Shown: positions 27,614 through 39,703, counted from the stretch's first letter. The stretch: DNA of 64,000 bases from Candidatus Omnitrophota bacterium (GCA_028715415.1 JAQURX010000005.1:43-64042), one strand, 5' to 3'. The notes: a model not told the origin generated them from the letters alone. Numbers and translations: made by a program.

Positions 27614-27976
27614 TTAGAATTCTAATCCGCCTTTTCTTAAGGCTTCTGCAAATGCTTTTACTCTGCCATGATATAAATACCCTGCACGGTCAAAGATAAT
27701 CTTACTAATCCCTTTTTGTTTAGCTTTTTGAGCAAATAACTCGCCTAAGAATTGAGCAGCTTTTATATTTCCGCAGGTAGCAAGCTTTTGCTTGATTTCT
27801 TTGTTATTTCCTGATAAAGAGAATATGGTTTTTTTATTAGCATCATCAACTACTTGAGCAGAAAAATTGTTCAAACTCCGGTGTATAACTAATCTTGGCT
27901 TTTCAATGGTGCCAAACATTCTTACCTTGATGCGATGGTGCCTTTTTAATCTTGATAGCTCTTTTTTATTTTTCAT
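27614..27976 (-). CDS. rplR: 50S ribosomal protein L18
   Basis: 120 aa; conserved position and sequence. Confidence 0.9.
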   Translation of the reverse strand: MKNKKELSRLKRHHRIKVRMFGTIEKPRLVIHRSLNNFSAQVVDDANKKTIFSLSGNNKEIKQKLATCGNIKAAQFLGELFAQKAKQKGISKIIFDRAGYLYHGRVKAFAEALRKGGLEF

Positions 27977-28002
27977 TTTAATTACCTAAATTTTAGTTTA
28001 AG

Positions 28003-28548
28003 TTACTTGCTTGTTGCCTGTGCTTTTCCAATCTTTTTCTTAACGTGTTCACCAACAAATCGAATACCTTTTCCTTTATAGGGCTCAGGAGGATAAAATG
28101 CGCGAATCTCAGTAGAAATCTCTCCAACTAATTCTTTATCGATTCCCCTTATGACAATTTGAGTTGGTTTTGGTGTTTCAATTTTTATCCCAGCAGGTAT
28201 CTCCATTATGACTGGATGGGAATAACCTAATGCCATGTTAAGCTTGTTGCCTTGAACAGCGGCTTTAAACCCGACTCCGATAATTTCCAATTCTTTTGTA
28301 TAGCCTTCCATTGCCCCTTTAATCATGTTTACAATAAGTGCGCGATAAAGGCCATGCAAGGATTTATCTGTTTTGATGTCCGATGCCCTTTTTACAAGTA
28401 ATTGCCCGTCTTTTGATTCTATCGTAATCCTCGGATGGATCGTCCTGCTGATTTTTCCTTTAGGGCCTTCAATAAAGATTTCCTTATCTTTAATCTCAAC
28501 TTTTATTTCTTTTGGTACTACTATTGGTTTTTTTCCTATTCTAGACAT
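28003..28548 (-). CDS. rplF: 50S ribosomal protein L6
   Basis: Start at MSRIGKKPI (28548) rather than the track's upstream start, which overlaps rpsH. Confidence 0.9.
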   Translation of the reverse strand: MSRIGKKPIVVPKEIKVEIKDKEIFIEGPKGKISRTIHPRITIESKDGQLLVKRASDIKTDKSLHGLYRALIVNMIKGAMEGYTKELEIIGVGFKAAVQGNKLNMALGYSHPVIMEIPAGIKIETPKPTQIVIRGIDKELVGEISTEIRAFYPPEPYKGKGIRFVGEHVKKKIGKAQATSK

Positions 28549-28564
28549 TTTAGTATAATTAGTT

Positions 28565-28960
28565 TTACCAGATATAACCGATAATTTCTCCACCGACTCC
28601 CAATTCTCGGGCTTTTTGATCAGTAATAACACCCTTGGAAGTTGAAATAATTGCAAGTCCTCTGCCTCTTAAAACAGACGGAACCTTATTGTTTCTAACA
28701 TAAATACGAATACCGGGCTTGGAGATTCTCTTGATATTTTTAATAGCGCTTTTACCAGCAATGTATTTAAGATAAACACGGATCATGCCTTGTTTCTTGT
28801 CTTCAATAAGCTTAAAATTCTCAATATATCCGTCTTGTTTTAAAATACCCAAAATTGATTTTAAGGTATTTGAAGCTGGCATATCTGCAGTTTCTTTTTT
28901 TGCCATTATGGCGTTTCTGATAATAGTAAACGCATCGGCAATTAAATCAGTTCTTGACAT
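28565..28960 (-). CDS. rpsH: 30S ribosomal protein S8
   Basis: 131 aa; MSRTDLIADAFTIIRNA. Confidence 0.9.
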   Translation of the reverse strand: MSRTDLIADAFTIIRNAIMAKKETADMPASNTLKSILGILKQDGYIENFKLIEDKKQGMIRVYLKYIAGKSAIKNIKRISKPGIRIYVRNNKVPSVLRGRGLAIISTSKGVITDQKARELGVGGEIIGYIW

Positions 28961-28991
28961 TTGTCTCCTTCTTTTCGATTTTCTTAATTAA

Positions 28992-29177
28992 TTACCAGCT
29001 GGCTTTTTTAATACCAGGTATTAAACCTTGCCATGCCAACTCTCTGAAGCAAATTCGGCAAAGCTGGAAACGCCTTAAATAACCGCCTGACCTTCCGCAG
29101 ATCTGGCATCTGTTGTGTGCACGCGTAGAAAACTTAGGTGCTCTTTTCCATCTTGCTATTTGTGAATTTTTAGCCAT
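28992..29177 (-). CDS. rpsZ: 30S ribosomal protein S14 type Z (zinc-binding, 61 aa)
   Basis: [23 protein letters not shown] with four Cys. Confidence 0.9.
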   Translation of the reverse strand: MAKNSQIARWKRAPKFSTRAHNRCQICGRSGGYLRRFQLCRICFRELAWQGLIPGIKKASW

Positions 29178-29183
29178 TCTTTA

Positions 29184-29735
29184 TTAATCCTTAGTTTTAA
29201 AAGGTATACCGAATAACTTTAATAGTTCTTTTGCCTGTTCTTTGTTTTTAGCGTTCTTGATTACAAAAGTAATATCCATGCCTTGTGCGCGGCTAATTTT
29301 ATCGTAGTCAATCTCAGGGAAAATTCCCTGTTCGCTCAATCCTAAGGTATAATTTCCGGCTTTATCAAAAGATTCAGCAGGAACTCCTCTAAAATCGCGA
29401 ATACGAGGAAGTGCGATATTTATAAGCCTATCCATAAACTCGTACATCATTGCGCGCCTTAATGTAACTTTGCAGCCTACAGGCTGGCCTTGTTTAATCT
29501 TAAAATTAGATATGGCTTTTTTTGCTCTTCTAATAATAGGCTTTTGTCCTGTAATAACACCTAATTCTTCCATTGCTCTATCAAGTATCTTGATGTCTTG
29601 AATTGCTTCTCCAACACCCATATTTACCACAATTTTATCAAGCTTTGGGCAAGCAAGCTTATTTTTTAAATTAAAGGTCTTCATTAATTCAACACTTACT
29701 TCAGTCCTGTATTTTTCTAATAATCTTGGCACCAT
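29184..29735 (-). CDS. rplE: 50S ribosomal protein L5
   Basis: 183 aa; conserved. Confidence 0.9.
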   Translation of the reverse strand: MVPRLLEKYRTEVSVELMKTFNLKNKLACPKLDKIVVNMGVGEAIQDIKILDRAMEELGVITGQKPIIRRAKKAISNFKIKQGQPVGCKVTLRRAMMYEFMDRLINIALPRIRDFRGVPAESFDKAGNYTLGLSEQGIFPEIDYDKISRAQGMDITFVIKNAKNKEQAKELLKLFGIPFKTKD

Positions 29736-29736
29736 T

Positions 29737-30048
29737 TTATAATACCCCTTTACAAACTTTGCAAATCCGGGATTTAGTTCCGTCTTTGTTGATTAACATG
29801 CCTACGCGCACACCCTTATTGCATTCCTTGCAAACAACCATGAGGTTTGATACGCTAATCGGCTTTTCAATGGAAACTATGCCGCCTTTTTCCTCTTGCC
29901 TTGTTTGGCGCTTATGTTTTTTTACTAAATTGATTCCTTCAATTACGGCACGCTTAGTTTCAGAGATAACTTCTAAAACCTTGCCTTTTTTGCCTTTGTC
30001 TTTTCCTTTTGTTACTTCCACTATGTCGTTCTTTTTAATTTTTTGCAT
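29737..30048 (-). CDS. rplX: 50S ribosomal protein L24
   Basis: 103 aa; KKNDIVEVTKGKDKGKKGKVL. Confidence 0.9.
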   Translation of the reverse strand: MQKIKKNDIVEVTKGKDKGKKGKVLEVISETKRAVIEGINLVKKHKRQTRQEEKGGIVSIEKPISVSNLMVVCKECNKGVRVGMLINKDGTKSRICKVCKGVL

Positions 30049-30416
30049 TAAATAACCTCTGGCGCTAAAGATATAATTTTACTGAAATTCTTTTCTCTTA
30101 ATTCACGGGCAACCGGCCCAAAAACACGAGTCCCTCTTGGATTCTGCGCAGTATCAATAAAAACAATTGCATTCCTGTCAAATCTAAGCACTGATCCATC
30201 TGAACGCCTGATTGGATTTCTTGTCCTTACGATAACCCCTTTTGCTTTCTCGCCTTTTTTAATAGCGGCATTTGGAGCAGATTCTTTGATGTGCACATTA
30301 ACCACATCACCAATTTCTGCTGTTGGGCAATTCTTTTTGCCGAGAACGCAAATAAGAGCGGCTTTCTTTGCTCCTGTGTTATCTGCTACATCTAAAATTG
30401 AACGTAACTGAATCAT
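30048..30416 (-). CDS. rplN: 50S ribosomal protein L14
   Basis: [18 protein letters not shown]. Confidence 0.9.
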   Translation of the reverse strand: MIQLRSILDVADNTGAKKAALICVLGKKNCPTAEIGDVVNVHIKESAPNAAIKKGEKAKGVIVRTRNPIRRSDGSVLRFDRNAIVFIDTAQNPRGTRVFGPVARELREKNFSKIISLAPEVI

Positions 30417-30691
30417 TTTATCTCCTCTTTAATTTCTATTTGAGGTGTTTTTACTTTTTCAATAACTGCTATAAGCCTAAAGCACTTTTCTTTAGACAAA
30501 GGCCTTGTTTCTTCAATCTTTACCTTATCGCCAATTTTAGCAACACCTTTTTCATCATGAGCCTTAAATTTTGTATATCTTTTCATGATTCTGCCGTATT
30601 TGGCGTGTTTGCTCATATGCATTATCTTGACAATAATGGTTTTCTGCATCTTGTTGCTTGTTACTGTTCCTATGTATGTTTTTCTGGCCAT
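30413..30691 (-). CDS. rpsQ: 30S ribosomal protein S17
   Basis: 92 aa; conserved. Confidence 0.9.
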   Translation of the reverse strand: MARKTYIGTVTSNKMQKTIIVKIMHMSKHAKYGRIMKRYTKFKAHDEKGVAKIGDKVKIEETRPLSKEKCFRLIAVIEKVKTPQIEIKEEIK

Positions 30692-30695
30692 TTTA

Positions 30696-30884
30696 TTATT
30701 CTTTCTTTGAGTTTAAAATTGTTTTAATCCGGGCAATATCCTTTTTTATAACGGAAAACATATGGGGCTTTTCAACTCTTCCACCGAAACGCGCGTCGTT
30801 AAGTTTAAACAAATCTTCCTTTAAGCTTTTTTCTTTTAGCAGTAATTCTTCTTTTGATAAATTTTGAAAGTCTTTTGGTTTCAT
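30696..30884 (-). CDS. rpmC: 50S ribosomal protein L29
   Basis: 62 aa; conserved position between L16 and S17. Confidence 0.85.
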   Translation of the reverse strand: MKPKDFQNLSKEELLLKEKSLKEDLFKLNDARFGGRVEKPHMFSVIKKDIARIKTILNSKKE

Positions 30885-30916
30885 TCTATTACTCCTCGAA
30901 CGAGTCTAACTTAATA

Positions 30917-31333
30917 TTACCTGTGAATCCTTGTAACAAATTTTGTCCTGCAAGGCAGCTTATATGCAGCTAAGCGGAAACACTGTTTAGCGTATTCCTC
31001 GGGGATGCCCCCTAACTCAAACAATATTCTTCCTCTCTTAATAACTGCAACCCAATGGTCAAGATCTCCCTTGCCTTTACCCATTCTAACTTCAGCCGGT
31101 TTCTTTGTAATTGATTTATCTGGGAAAACCCTGATCCAAAGTTTGCCACCTTTATGCAGCTGCCGAGCCAAGATAACACGCACGGCTTCAATTTGAGTAT
31201 TCTTTATCCAGCCATTTTCCAATGTTTTTAGGCCATATTCACCAAAAGCAAGCTGGGCTCCGGTAGTTGCAACACCACGGCGATTCCCTTTTTGCAGCTT
31301 GCGATATTTAACCCTCTTTGGCATTAATACCAT
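30917..31333 (-). CDS. rplP: 50S ribosomal protein L16
   Basis: [13 protein letters not shown]. Confidence 0.9.
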   Translation of the reverse strand: MVLMPKRVKYRKLQKGNRRGVATTGAQLAFGEYGLKTLENGWIKNTQIEAVRVILARQLHKGGKLWIRVFPDKSITKKPAEVRMGKGKGDLDHWVAVIKRGRILFELGGIPEEYAKQCFRLAAYKLPCRTKFVTRIHR

Positions 31334-31352
31334 TTAAATTTCTCCCTCGTTT

Positions 31353-32039
31353 TTATGCTTTGGGTGTTTCTTCTTCAGCAGGCGCTTGCTGTACTGTTTC
31401 ACTTCCTCTTTTTGTTAGTATATCGCCTTTATAAATCCATACTTTTACCCCGATAAGCCCGTAAGTTGTCAAGGCTTCGCAAAATCCATAGTCAATATCA
31501 GCACGCAATGTCTGTAATGGAACCTTTCCTTGTTTATAGGTTTCTGTACGAGACATTTCTGCCCCGTTAAGCCTCCCTGCGCAGCTTACCCTGATTCCTT
31601 TTACTCCCGCATTCATGGATTGCTCCATAGATCTTTTTACAGCCCTTCTAAACGCTACTCTCTTTTCCTGTTGAAATGCGATGTTTTCTGCGACTAATTG
31701 CGCGTTCCAAGCCGGATTTTTTACTTCTTCTATGTCAATTGCAACCTCTGTTTTTACCATTCCATTAAGATCGCTTCTCAATCGTTCAATATCTGCGCCA
31801 TGGCGCCCTATTACAAGGCCAGGACGTGCAGTAACCAGCTTAATCTTGACTTTTTGAGCAAGCCTTTCAATGATAATATTAGCAATAGCAGCCTGTTTGA
31901 ATTTCTTCTTAATGTATTTCCTTATTTCATAATCCTGGTGCACAAATTTCGGGAAATCCTTAAAGCTAGCAAACCAACGGCTATGCCACGTCCTGATGAA
32001 ACCGACTCTTAATACAAATGGATGTACCTTTTGACCCAT
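31353..32039 (-). CDS. rpsC: 30S ribosomal protein S3
   Basis: MGQKVHPFVLRVGFIRTWHSRWFA. Confidence 0.9.
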   Translation of the reverse strand: MGQKVHPFVLRVGFIRTWHSRWFASFKDFPKFVHQDYEIRKYIKKKFKQAAIANIIIERLAQKVKIKLVTARPGLVIGRHGADIERLRSDLNGMVKTEVAIDIEEVKNPAWNAQLVAENIAFQQEKRVAFRRAVKRSMEQSMNAGVKGIRVSCAGRLNGAEMSRTETYKQGKVPLQTLRADIDYGFCEALTTYGLIGVKVWIYKGDILTKRGSETVQQAPAEEETPKA

Positions 32040-32043
32040 AGAA

Positions 32044-32382
32044 TTATTCTCCTGACTTTAGATCTAACTCAATTCTTATATGTGAAGTTCTTTTTAAAAT
32101 TGGGGCCGCTCTACCAAAGGCAGCTGCCTTAAATCTTTTCCACATTGGACCGGGATTACAAGTTATTTTAGAAACGTATAATTGGTCTGCGGTAAAACCT
32201 TTTACTTTAGCATTCGCGATAGCAGACCTTAATATTTTAATCAAGTATTCTTTCGGCCGTTTATTAAGATTTAAAAGTATATTCTCAGCTTCTACAGCAT
32301 CTCTTCTACGGATTAAATCCATTACCTGGCAAACTTTTTTTGGTGCGAGTCTTAAGAATTTTCCTTCAGCTTTAGCAATCAT
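32044..32382 (-). CDS. rplV: 50S ribosomal protein L22
   Basis: 112 aa; conserved. Confidence 0.9.
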   Translation of the reverse strand: MIAKAEGKFLRLAPKKVCQVMDLIRRRDAVEAENILLNLNKRPKEYLIKILRSAIANAKVKGFTADQLYVSKITCNPGPMWKRFKAAAFGRAAPILKRTSHIRIELDLKSGE

Positions 32383-32383
32383 T

Positions 32384-32671
32384 TTAAGTCTTCTCCGCAG
32401 CTTTCTTGGCTTTTACGCCGCCATGTTTCTTAAATATTCTAGAAGGTGCAAACTCTCCTAATTTATGCCCTACCATATTTTCGGTGATAAAAACCGGAAT
32501 ATGCTTTCTGCCGTCGTATACAGCAAAAGTTGTACCTACAAAATCAGGGATTATGGTTGAGCGCCTGGACCATGTTTTAATTGCCTGGCGGCCTCCCATA
32601 CGTCGTGCAGCTTCCACTTTCTTTATTAATTTCTCTTCTACAAACGGGCCTTTTTTTAATGAACGTGGCAT
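32384..32671 (-). CDS. rpsS: 30S ribosomal protein S19
   Basis: [19 protein letters not shown]. Confidence 0.9.
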   Translation of the reverse strand: MPRSLKKGPFVEEKLIKKVEAARRMGGRQAIKTWSRRSTIIPDFVGTTFAVYDGRKHIPVFITENMVGHKLGEFAPSRIFKKHGGVKAKKAAEKT

Positions 32672-32673
32672 TT

Positions 32674-33507
32674 TTATTTCCTTCGCTTAAGTATAAATTT
32701 ATCTGAATATATTGCTTTTCTTCTTGTTTTATAGCCTTTAGTTGGTACTCCCCAAGGAGTAACTGGATGCGGATTTCCTTGTCCAGATTTTCCTTCGCCA
32801 CCGCCATGAGGGTGATCTACCGGGTTCATCGCAAGGCCTCTAACTGTAGGCCTTATACCTAACCATCTGGATCTACCTGCTTTTCCTTTAATAATAGCTT
32901 CGTGCTCAATGTTTCCAAGTTGACCTATAGTTGCACGGCAATCCAAACTTACGATTCTAACTTCACCAGAAGGCAAGCGAATGTGGGCGAAATTTTCTTC
33001 TTTAGCCATGATTTGAGCACTTGACCCCGCGCTTCTTACTATTTGGCCGCCCTTTCCTTTAAATAACTCTATATTATGCACAAGAGTTCCCGATGGAATA
33101 TGCCTTAAAAGAAGAGCATTTCCGGCTTTTATATCAATATCCTTCTTATCAGAAGATACAATTTCATCTCCAACTTTTAATTCTGCCGGAGCTAAAATAT
33201 ATTTTTTTATTTTATTGTTATACTCAAGCAAAGCAATTCTTGCGGAACGGTTAGGATCATATTCAATTGCAATTACTTTTGCTGGCATATCTAATAAATC
33301 TCTCTTAAAATCAATCAAGCGTAACATCCTTTTATGCCCGCCACCCTGATGTCTTACTGTAAGCCGGCCATATGAATTTCTTCCGCCTGTTTTTTTAAGA
33401 GGCACAATCAATGATTTCTCAGGCTTAGTTTTAGTGATTTCAGAGAAATCATAACCGCTCATATGCCTTCTTGATGGTGTTGTTGGTTTGAATTTAATTA
33501 TTCCCAT
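32674..33507 (-). CDS. rplB: 50S ribosomal protein L2
   Basis: 277 aa; [13 protein letters not shown]; HPHGGGEGK. Confidence 0.9.
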   Translation of the reverse strand: MGIIKFKPTTPSRRHMSGYDFSEITKTKPEKSLIVPLKKTGGRNSYGRLTVRHQGGGHKRMLRLIDFKRDLLDMPAKVIAIEYDPNRSARIALLEYNNKIKKYILAPAELKVGDEIVSSDKKDIDIKAGNALLLRHIPSGTLVHNIELFKGKGGQIVRSAGSSAQIMAKEENFAHIRLPSGEVRIVSLDCRATIGQLGNIEHEAIIKGKAGRSRWLGIRPTVRGLAMNPVDHPHGGGEGKSGQGNPHPVTPWGVPTKGYKTRRKAIYSDKFILKRRK

Positions 33508-33524
33508 TTTTAGTTTTCCTTAAA

Positions 33525-33803
33525 CTATACGGCAGTGTCAATCTTCTGGCCGGTTTTTAACGTTACTATAGCTTTTTTTAAATCGGGTGTCTTTCCTAAT
33601 TGGTGCCTTACCCTCTTTAGTTTTCCGCTTGAAATTAAAACATTTACATGCTCAACTTTTACTTTATAAATCTGCTCAACTGCTTGTTTAATCTGGATTT
33701 TATTCGCGGCATTGTTTACTAAAAACAGATACCTGCCAGATGGCTCAAAAGCCGTTGATTTTTCCGTTCTCATTAATGATTTTATAATGTCTTGCGCAAT
33801 CAT
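33525..33803 (-). CDS. rplW: 50S ribosomal protein L23
   Basis: 92 aa; conserved position. Confidence 0.85.
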   Translation of the reverse strand: MIAQDIIKSLMRTEKSTAFEPSGRYLFLVNNAANKIQIKQAVEQIYKVKVEHVNVLISSGKLKRVRHQLGKTPDLKKAIVTLKTGQKIDTAV

Positions 33804-34504
33804 TTTTTATCCTTATTAGATGCCTTGGCTGTTTTAACTACCTTTTCTGATTTGCCCTCTCGGTTTAACCGGTTGGTTATTTCCTTAAGAGCATCTTTTG
33901 TGACAATCAATTTTGTATGTGACATTACTTCGTAAGTATGGGTATTCTTTGCTAAATTAAAATCAATAAACCCGATATTTCTTAATGAAAGCAATGTTGA
34001 ATCGTCTATTTTATCAAGCAAAACTAACGCTGTAAAAGACTTTTTTTCTTTCCTGGGGAGAATCTTTAAATTGCTAAGGACTTTAACTGCGTCTTTTGTT
34101 TTTGCTTTATTAATTTTCAATTCATCAAGAATAATTATGTTATTATCAATGAGCTTAGCATTAAGAGAAGATTTTAATGCGACGTTTTTAATTTTTTCCG
34201 GAAGGTTATAAGAAAAATCTTTCGGATGAGGCCCAAACACAACGCCACCGTGCCTCCACAGAGGAGAACGTGTTGAACCTACTCTTGCCCGGCCAGTGCC
34301 CTTTTGTTTCCAAGGTTTGCGTCCGCCTCCGGAAACCTCGCCTCTGGTTTTTGTTGAAGCAAGGCCCCTTCTTTTATTAGCAAGGTGCGCATTAACTGCC
34401 TGATAAATAGCTTCTTTATTTACTATGCCGTCAAATAATTTGCTATTTAACTCTACTTTGTCTATTTCTTTTCCTTCATTGTTATATATAGGTAAACTTG
34501 TCAT
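33800..34504 (-). CDS. rplD: 50S ribosomal protein L4
   Basis: 234 aa; conserved. Confidence 0.9.
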   Translation of the reverse strand: MTSLPIYNNEGKEIDKVELNSKLFDGIVNKEAIYQAVNAHLANKRRGLASTKTRGEVSGGGRKPWKQKGTGRARVGSTRSPLWRHGGVVFGPHPKDFSYNLPEKIKNVALKSSLNAKLIDNNIIILDELKINKAKTKDAVKVLSNLKILPRKEKKSFTALVLLDKIDDSTLLSLRNIGFIDFNLAKNTHTYEVMSHTKLIVTKDALKEITNRLNREGKSEKVVKTAKASNKDKK

Positions 34505-34507
34505 TTT

Positions 34508-35143
34508 TTACTTGCCCTTAACCTGCTTGGGTGCGCCTTTCTTTTTTGCTTTTTTAATAATAACTAAACAATTCTTGTGCCCTGGGATAGCCCCTTTTAC
34601 CAACAGTATGTTATTTTCAATATCAGTTTTCATTACCTTTAAATTTTGTAAAGTTACTCTGATATTGCCCATGTGTCCTGGCATATGATGGCCCTTCCAT
34701 ACGCGGCCAGGTGTAGTTGTTGAACCAATTGAACCAACCCTGCGGTGTGAAGTAGAACCGTGTGTCTGTGGCCCACCCTTCCAATTCCAGCGTTTCATGC
34801 CGCCTTGGAAACCCTTTCCGAGCGAAGTTCCAGTAACATCAACAAAATCTCCGGCTTTAAATAAATCCACCTTGATTTCTTCACCAACTTTATATTCTTT
34901 TCCGGATTCTTTCGTTACTTCTCTGATAATTTTACGAGGAGCTACGTTAACTTTTTTAAATAATCCTAAGACTGGTTTTTTCAAGCTTTTTTCTTTTGCT
35001 AACTCAAAACCGATCTGGACGTTCTTTTCTTTTACAGCTAAGATAGGGCATGGCCCTGCTTCAATAGCCGTAACAGCTACCTGCTCACCTTTATCAGTGA
35101 ACATTTGCGTCATTCCAATTTTTTTTCCGATTATACCTATCAT
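34508..35143 (-). CDS. rplC: 50S ribosomal protein L3
   Basis: MIGIIGKKIGMTQMF. Confidence 0.9.
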   Translation of the reverse strand: MIGIIGKKIGMTQMFTDKGEQVAVTAIEAGPCPILAVKEKNVQIGFELAKEKSLKKPVLGLFKKVNVAPRKIIREVTKESGKEYKVGEEIKVDLFKAGDFVDVTGTSLGKGFQGGMKRWNWKGGPQTHGSTSHRRVGSIGSTTTPGRVWKGHHMPGHMGNIRVTLQNLKVMKTDIENNILLVKGAIPGHKNCLVIIKKAKKKGAPKQVKGK

Positions 35144-35199
35144 TTTATAGTCAATATTTAGCTTATCAAAAAAAGCCTGCTTTAATTAATAAGCGCTTT

Positions 35200-35499
35200 T
35201 TATTTTATTTCAACATCTACACCAGCAGGCAAATTCAGTTTTCTTAGCGAATCAATTGTCTTGGATGTCGGTTCGAAAATATCGATAAGGCGTTTGTGGA
35301 TGGAGAGCTCAAACTGTTCACGTGACTTCTTATCAATAACCGGGGAACGCAAGACCGTGTAGATTTCTCTTTTTGTTGGTAAAGGCACCGGCCCGTGAAT
35401 ACTTGCGCCGGTGCGCCTTACGGTTTCTACTATTTCCTCTACCGCCTGATCCAAGAGACGGTGATCATACGCTTTTAGTTTAATTCTTATCTTTTGCAT
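35200..35499 (-). CDS. rpsJ: 30S ribosomal protein S10
   Basis: [17 protein letters not shown]. Confidence 0.9.
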   Translation of the reverse strand: MQKIRIKLKAYDHRLLDQAVEEIVETVRRTGASIHGPVPLPTKREIYTVLRSPVIDKKSREQFELSIHKRLIDIFEPTSKTIDSLRKLNLPAGVDVEIK

Positions 35500-35514
35500 A
35501 GTTGTTTTAAGCTT

Positions 35515-36717
35515 TTAAGCAATTACCTCGGTAACAACACCTGCTCCTACCGTATGTCCACCTTCACGGATTGCAAAACGAGATTCTTTTTCCATAGCAA
35601 TTGGTGTTATCAATTCAACTTCACAAGCAACATTATCACCGGGCATAACCATTTCTACTCCAGTAGGAAGTGTTACCGCTCCGGTAACATCTGTAGTACG
35701 GAAATAGAACTGAGGCCTGTAACCTTTAAAGAATGGTGTATGCCTTCCACCTTCTTCTTTTGTTAAAACGTAAACTTGAGCTTTGAATTTAGTATGTGGT
35801 GTAATTGATTTTGGAGCAGCAATAACCATACCACGCTCAATATCTTTCTTATCAATACCTCTTAAAAGAAGACCAACGTTATCTCCTGCATGGCCTTCAT
35901 CAAGAAGCTTTCTAAACATTTCGATACCAGTTACTACTGTTTTCTTTACTTCTGGCCTTAACCCTACTATTTCAACTTCTTCACTAAGTTTTACTTTACC
36001 ACGTTCGATTCTACCAGTTCCAACTGTCCCTCTACCTTCAATGCTAAAGACGTCTTCAACAGCCATAAGTAAAGGCTTATCAAGTTCTCTGGTTGGAAGT
36101 GGAATGAAGTCGTCGCAAGCTTTCATTAACTCTAAGATACATTTTGCATCTTCGCCGTTTGCATCCGAGGCGCCTAAAGCTTTTGAAGCGCTTCCTCTTA
36201 CGATTGGAGTTTTATCTCCAGGATAACCATATTTGGTGAGTAAATCCCTTACTTCCATTTCAACTAAATCTAAAAGTTCCTTATCGGTAACTAAATCGCA
36301 TTTGTTTAAAAAGACTACCATTGAAGGAACGTTTACCTGTCTTGCTAAGAGAATATGTTCTCTTGTTTGAGGCATAGGGCCATCAGCAGCAGAAACTACT
36401 AAGATAGCGCCGTCCATCTGAGCTGCACCGGTAATCATGTTTTTAATATAGTCTGCGTGTCCAGGGCAATCAATATGAGCATAATGACGAGCATCCGTTT
36501 CGTATTCAACGTGAGCAACGGAAATTGTAACAACTTTTGTTTCGTCTCTAACTGTACCACCCTTTGCGATATCAGCATAATTTCTTTCAGTGGCTTTTCC
36601 TAACTTAGCCAAAACGTGTGTAATAGCTGCAGTTAAAGTTGTCTTACCATGATCGATGTGACCAATGGTCCCGATATTTACGTGTGGTTTACTTCTAACA
36701 AACTTTTCTTTAGCCAT
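35515..36717 (-). CDS. tuf: Elongation factor Tu
   Basis: 400 aa; [22 protein letters not shown]. Confidence 0.95.
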   Translation of the reverse strand: MAKEKFVRSKPHVNIGTIGHIDHGKTTLTAAITHVLAKLGKATERNYADIAKGGTVRDETKVVTISVAHVEYETDARHYAHIDCPGHADYIKNMITGAAQMDGAILVVSAADGPMPQTREHILLARQVNVPSMVVFLNKCDLVTDKELLDLVEMEVRDLLTKYGYPGDKTPIVRGSASKALGASDANGEDAKCILELMKACDDFIPLPTRELDKPLLMAVEDVFSIEGRGTVGTGRIERGKVKLSEEVEIVGLRPEVKKTVVTGIEMFRKLLDEGHAGDNVGLLLRGIDKKDIERGMVIAAPKSITPHTKFKAQVYVLTKEEGGRHTPFFKGYRPQFYFRTTDVTGAVTLPTGVEMVMPGDNVACEVELITPIAMEKESRFAIREGGHTVGAGVVTEVIA

Positions 36718-36741
36718 TTTAAAACACCTCCTGTTTAGAGT

Positions 36742-38835
36742 TTAAGTTGTTCTTTTCCCAGAAGTTGCAAAACCTGCAACAATTTTTTCCGATATATGTG
36801 AAGGCACTTCAGAATAAAACGAAGGCTCCATTGTATAGGATGCGCGGCCTTGTGTCAAGCTTCTTACTGATGTTGCGTAGTTAAATACTTCTGCTAGCGG
36901 AACATTAGCCCTTATTATACGCAAATTTAGCCTTTGTGCAAGAGAAACTATTTTTGCACGACGAGAACTTAAATCGCCGATAACCTGTCCCATGAATTCT
37001 TCGGGGACTACAACTTCCATATCCATGATAGGCTCGAGCAGGACTGGGCTTGCATGCCTTAATCCGTCGGAGAAACCAAGTGAGCCTGCCATCTGAAATG
37101 CTAATTCTGAAGAATCAACTTCATGAAACGATCCGTCTATTAAAGTTACTTTTACATCCGTTACAGGGTAACCTGCGATGACTCCATTTTTAGCAGCTCC
37201 CATAATTCCTTGTTTTACTGCAGGAATATATTCTCTTGGGATAGCACCGCTTTTTATTTTATCTTCAAAAGTTATTCCTGTACCCGGAACTTCTTGAGGT
37301 TCCATTTCTAAAACACAATGCCCGTATTGTCCGCGGCCACCGCTTTGTGAAATAAATTTTCCAACTGATTTTACTTTTTTAGTAAGAGTTTCTCTGTAGG
37401 CAACTTGAGGAGCGCCTACTCCTGCTTCAACATTAAATTCTCTTAAAATTCTATCAATGATAATTTCCAAATGCAACTGTCCCATCCCGGCTATCAAAGT
37501 CTGTCCTGTTTCCTGATTATAAGTAACGCGGAATGAAGGATCCTCATCTTCTAATTTATGTAATGCCATACCAAGTTTTTGCTGAGCATCTTTTGATTTT
37601 GGTTCAATTGCCTGCTGAATAACCGGCTCAGGAAAACGCATAGCTTCAAGTAAAATATGCATATCTTCATTGCACAATGTATCCCCGGTTTTTGTTTCTT
37701 TAAGGCCTACTGCTGCGGCAATCTCTCCAGTAGAAACACTCTCAACAATTTCCTGCCTATTAGCATGCATTTTTACAATTTTAGTAACACGTTCTCTTTC
37801 TCTTTTTGTGGCATTGTAAATATAAGTTCCTGACGAAAGTTTACCAGAATAAACTCTGATGTAATTTAGTTTTCCTACGAAAGGATCGGTTGCAACTTTA
37901 AAACAAAGAGCGCAAAAAGGCGCGTCATCAGAAACAGCAATCTCTTCAAATTCTCCTGTTTCAGGATTGGTTCCCTTTGCAGCAGGGACATCAACAGGAG
38001 AAGGAAGATAATCTTTTACAGCATCCAAAACCATCTGAACGCCTTTGTTTTTAAATGCAGTTCCGCAAAGAACCGCAATAAATTTATTTGCAATAACAGA
38101 CCTTCTGATTGCATCTTTAAGTTCTTGATTTGAAATTGCTTTATTATGGAGATAATCATCCATAATTTTATCGTCGGCTTCAGCTAATTTCTCAATCAAG
38201 ATAGCCCTGTATTTCTCTACTTCTGGCATTAAATCTGCGGGAACATCCTTAACTTCAAATTCTTTTCCCAGATCATCTTTATAAAGAGTTAATTTCTTTT
38301 CAACGAGATCAATAATTCCTTTAAAATCTGCTTCTTTGCCATAGGGAAGTTGGATAGCAGCGACATTGGCACCTAATTTCTTTGTCATCTGGTCAACTAC
38401 GTCAAAGAAATTGCTTCCAGTCCTATCCATTTTATTTACGAAAGCAATTCTTGGGACATTATACCTGTCAGCTTGACGCCAGACAGTTTCAGACTGAGGT
38501 TCAACTCCGCCAACTGCACAAAAAACTACAACAGCCCCATCTAAAACCTTTAAAGACCTTTCAACTTCAACTGTAAAATCTACGTGGCCGGGAGTATCAA
38601 TCAAATTAATGTGAATATCTTTCCATGTGCAGGTAGTTGCAGCAGCAGTAATCGTAATTCCTCGTTCCTGCTCTTGCACCATCCAGTCCATGGTAGCAGC
38701 TCCATCGTGGACTTCTCCGATTTTATAGGTTCTACCGGTATAAAAAAGGATGCGCTCGCTGGTTGTTGTTTTCCCAGCGTCGATGTGCGCGATAATCCCG
38801 ATATTTCTAATTTTATCTAAAGGTATCTTTCTCAT
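36742..38835 (-). CDS. fusA: Elongation factor G
   Basis: 697 aa; [18 protein letters not shown]. Confidence 0.95.
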   Translation of the reverse strand: MRKIPLDKIRNIGIIAHIDAGKTTTSERILFYTGRTYKIGEVHDGAATMDWMVQEQERGITITAAATTCTWKDIHINLIDTPGHVDFTVEVERSLKVLDGAVVVFCAVGGVEPQSETVWRQADRYNVPRIAFVNKMDRTGSNFFDVVDQMTKKLGANVAAIQLPYGKEADFKGIIDLVEKKLTLYKDDLGKEFEVKDVPADLMPEVEKYRAILIEKLAEADDKIMDDYLHNKAISNQELKDAIRRSVIANKFIAVLCGTAFKNKGVQMVLDAVKDYLPSPVDVPAAKGTNPETGEFEEIAVSDDAPFCALCFKVATDPFVGKLNYIRVYSGKLSSGTYIYNATKRERERVTKIVKMHANRQEIVESVSTGEIAAAVGLKETKTGDTLCNEDMHILLEAMRFPEPVIQQAIEPKSKDAQQKLGMALHKLEDEDPSFRVTYNQETGQTLIAGMGQLHLEIIIDRILREFNVEAGVGAPQVAYRETLTKKVKSVGKFISQSGGRGQYGHCVLEMEPQEVPGTGITFEDKIKSGAIPREYIPAVKQGIMGAAKNGVIAGYPVTDVKVTLIDGSFHEVDSSELAFQMAGSLGFSDGLRHASPVLLEPIMDMEVVVPEEFMGQVIGDLSSRRAKIVSLAQRLNLRIIRANVPLAEVFNYATSVRSLTQGRASYTMEPSFYSEVPSHISEKIVAGFATSGKRTT

Positions 38836-38838
38836 AGT

Positions 38839-39309
38839 TTACCAGCGGAAATGTGCAAACGCTTTGTTTGATTCTGCCATCTTATGTGTATCGTCTCTCT
38901 TTTTAATACATGAACCTTCGCCTTTGTAGGCTGAAATAATTTCTTCGGCAATCTTCTCACTCATTGTTTTGCCTTTTTTACTCTTAGCAAAATCTCTTAT
39001 CCAACGCAATGCAATTGAAGTGCCACGTTCTTGACGCACTTCAATAGGAACCTGATAAGTTGCGCCACCTACCCTTCTGGGTTTTACTTCAAGCCTCGGA
39101 CGGGCATTATCTAAAGCCTTATTAAATACTTTTAAGACGTCTTGATCATTAAGCTGTTTTTTAATAATATCAAATGATCCATAAACCATTTTTTCAGCTA
39201 TTGCTTTTTTACCTTTAAGCATTACCATGTTGATGAATTTTGCAACAATCTTACTGTTGAACTTTGGGTCTGCTGTTATTTCTTTCTCTTGAGCTTTTCT
39301 TCTTCTCAT
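38839..39309 (-). CDS. rpsG: 30S ribosomal protein S7
   Basis: 156 aa; conserved. Confidence 0.9.
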   Translation of the reverse strand: MRRRKAQEKEITADPKFNSKIVAKFINMVMLKGKKAIAEKMVYGSFDIIKKQLNDQDVLKVFNKALDNARPRLEVKPRRVGGATYQVPIEVRQERGTSIALRWIRDFAKSKKGKTMSEKIAEEIISAYKGEGSCIKKRDDTHKMAESNKAFAHFRW

Positions 39310-39325
39310 TTGTAATTATTAACTC

Positions 39326-39700
39326 CTATTTCTTAGGCATTTTTGCGCCGTATTTAGAACGAGATTTTCTGCGCTGGTTAACACCGGCTGCATCAAGCGT
39401 ACCTCTTACAATATGGTACCTGACGCCCGGTAAATCTTTTACACGTCCGCCTCTTACTAATACTATGGAATGCTCCTGAAGATTGTGCCCTTCTCCCGGA
39501 ATATATGAAGTAACTTCTATGCCTGTGGTTAACCTTACCCTTGCGATTTTTCTTAATGCTGAGTTAGGTTTCTTCGGTGTCATTGTACGAACCTGCAAAC
39601 AAACCCCTTTTCTCTGAGGGCATGCTTTTAAAGCCGGTGATTTTGATTTCTTCTTTTTGGATATTCTTCCGTACCTAATTAATTGCGAAATTGTTGGCAT
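39326..39700 (-). CDS. rpsL: 30S ribosomal protein S12
   Basis: [12 protein letters not shown]...[10 protein letters not shown]. Confidence 0.95.
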   Translation of the reverse strand: MPTISQLIRYGRISKKKKSKSPALKACPQRKGVCLQVRTMTPKKPNSALRKIARVRLTTGIEVTSYIPGEGHNLQEHSIVLVRGGRVKDLPGVRYHIVRGTLDAAGVNQRRKSRSKYGAKMPKK

Positions 39701-39703
39701 AGA

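Noticed and set aside
28549-28656. N-terminally extended 217-aa version of rplF
   Set aside because: The extension overlaps the 3' end of rpsH in another frame and is not L6-like; the canonical MSRIGKKPI start at 28548 is used.
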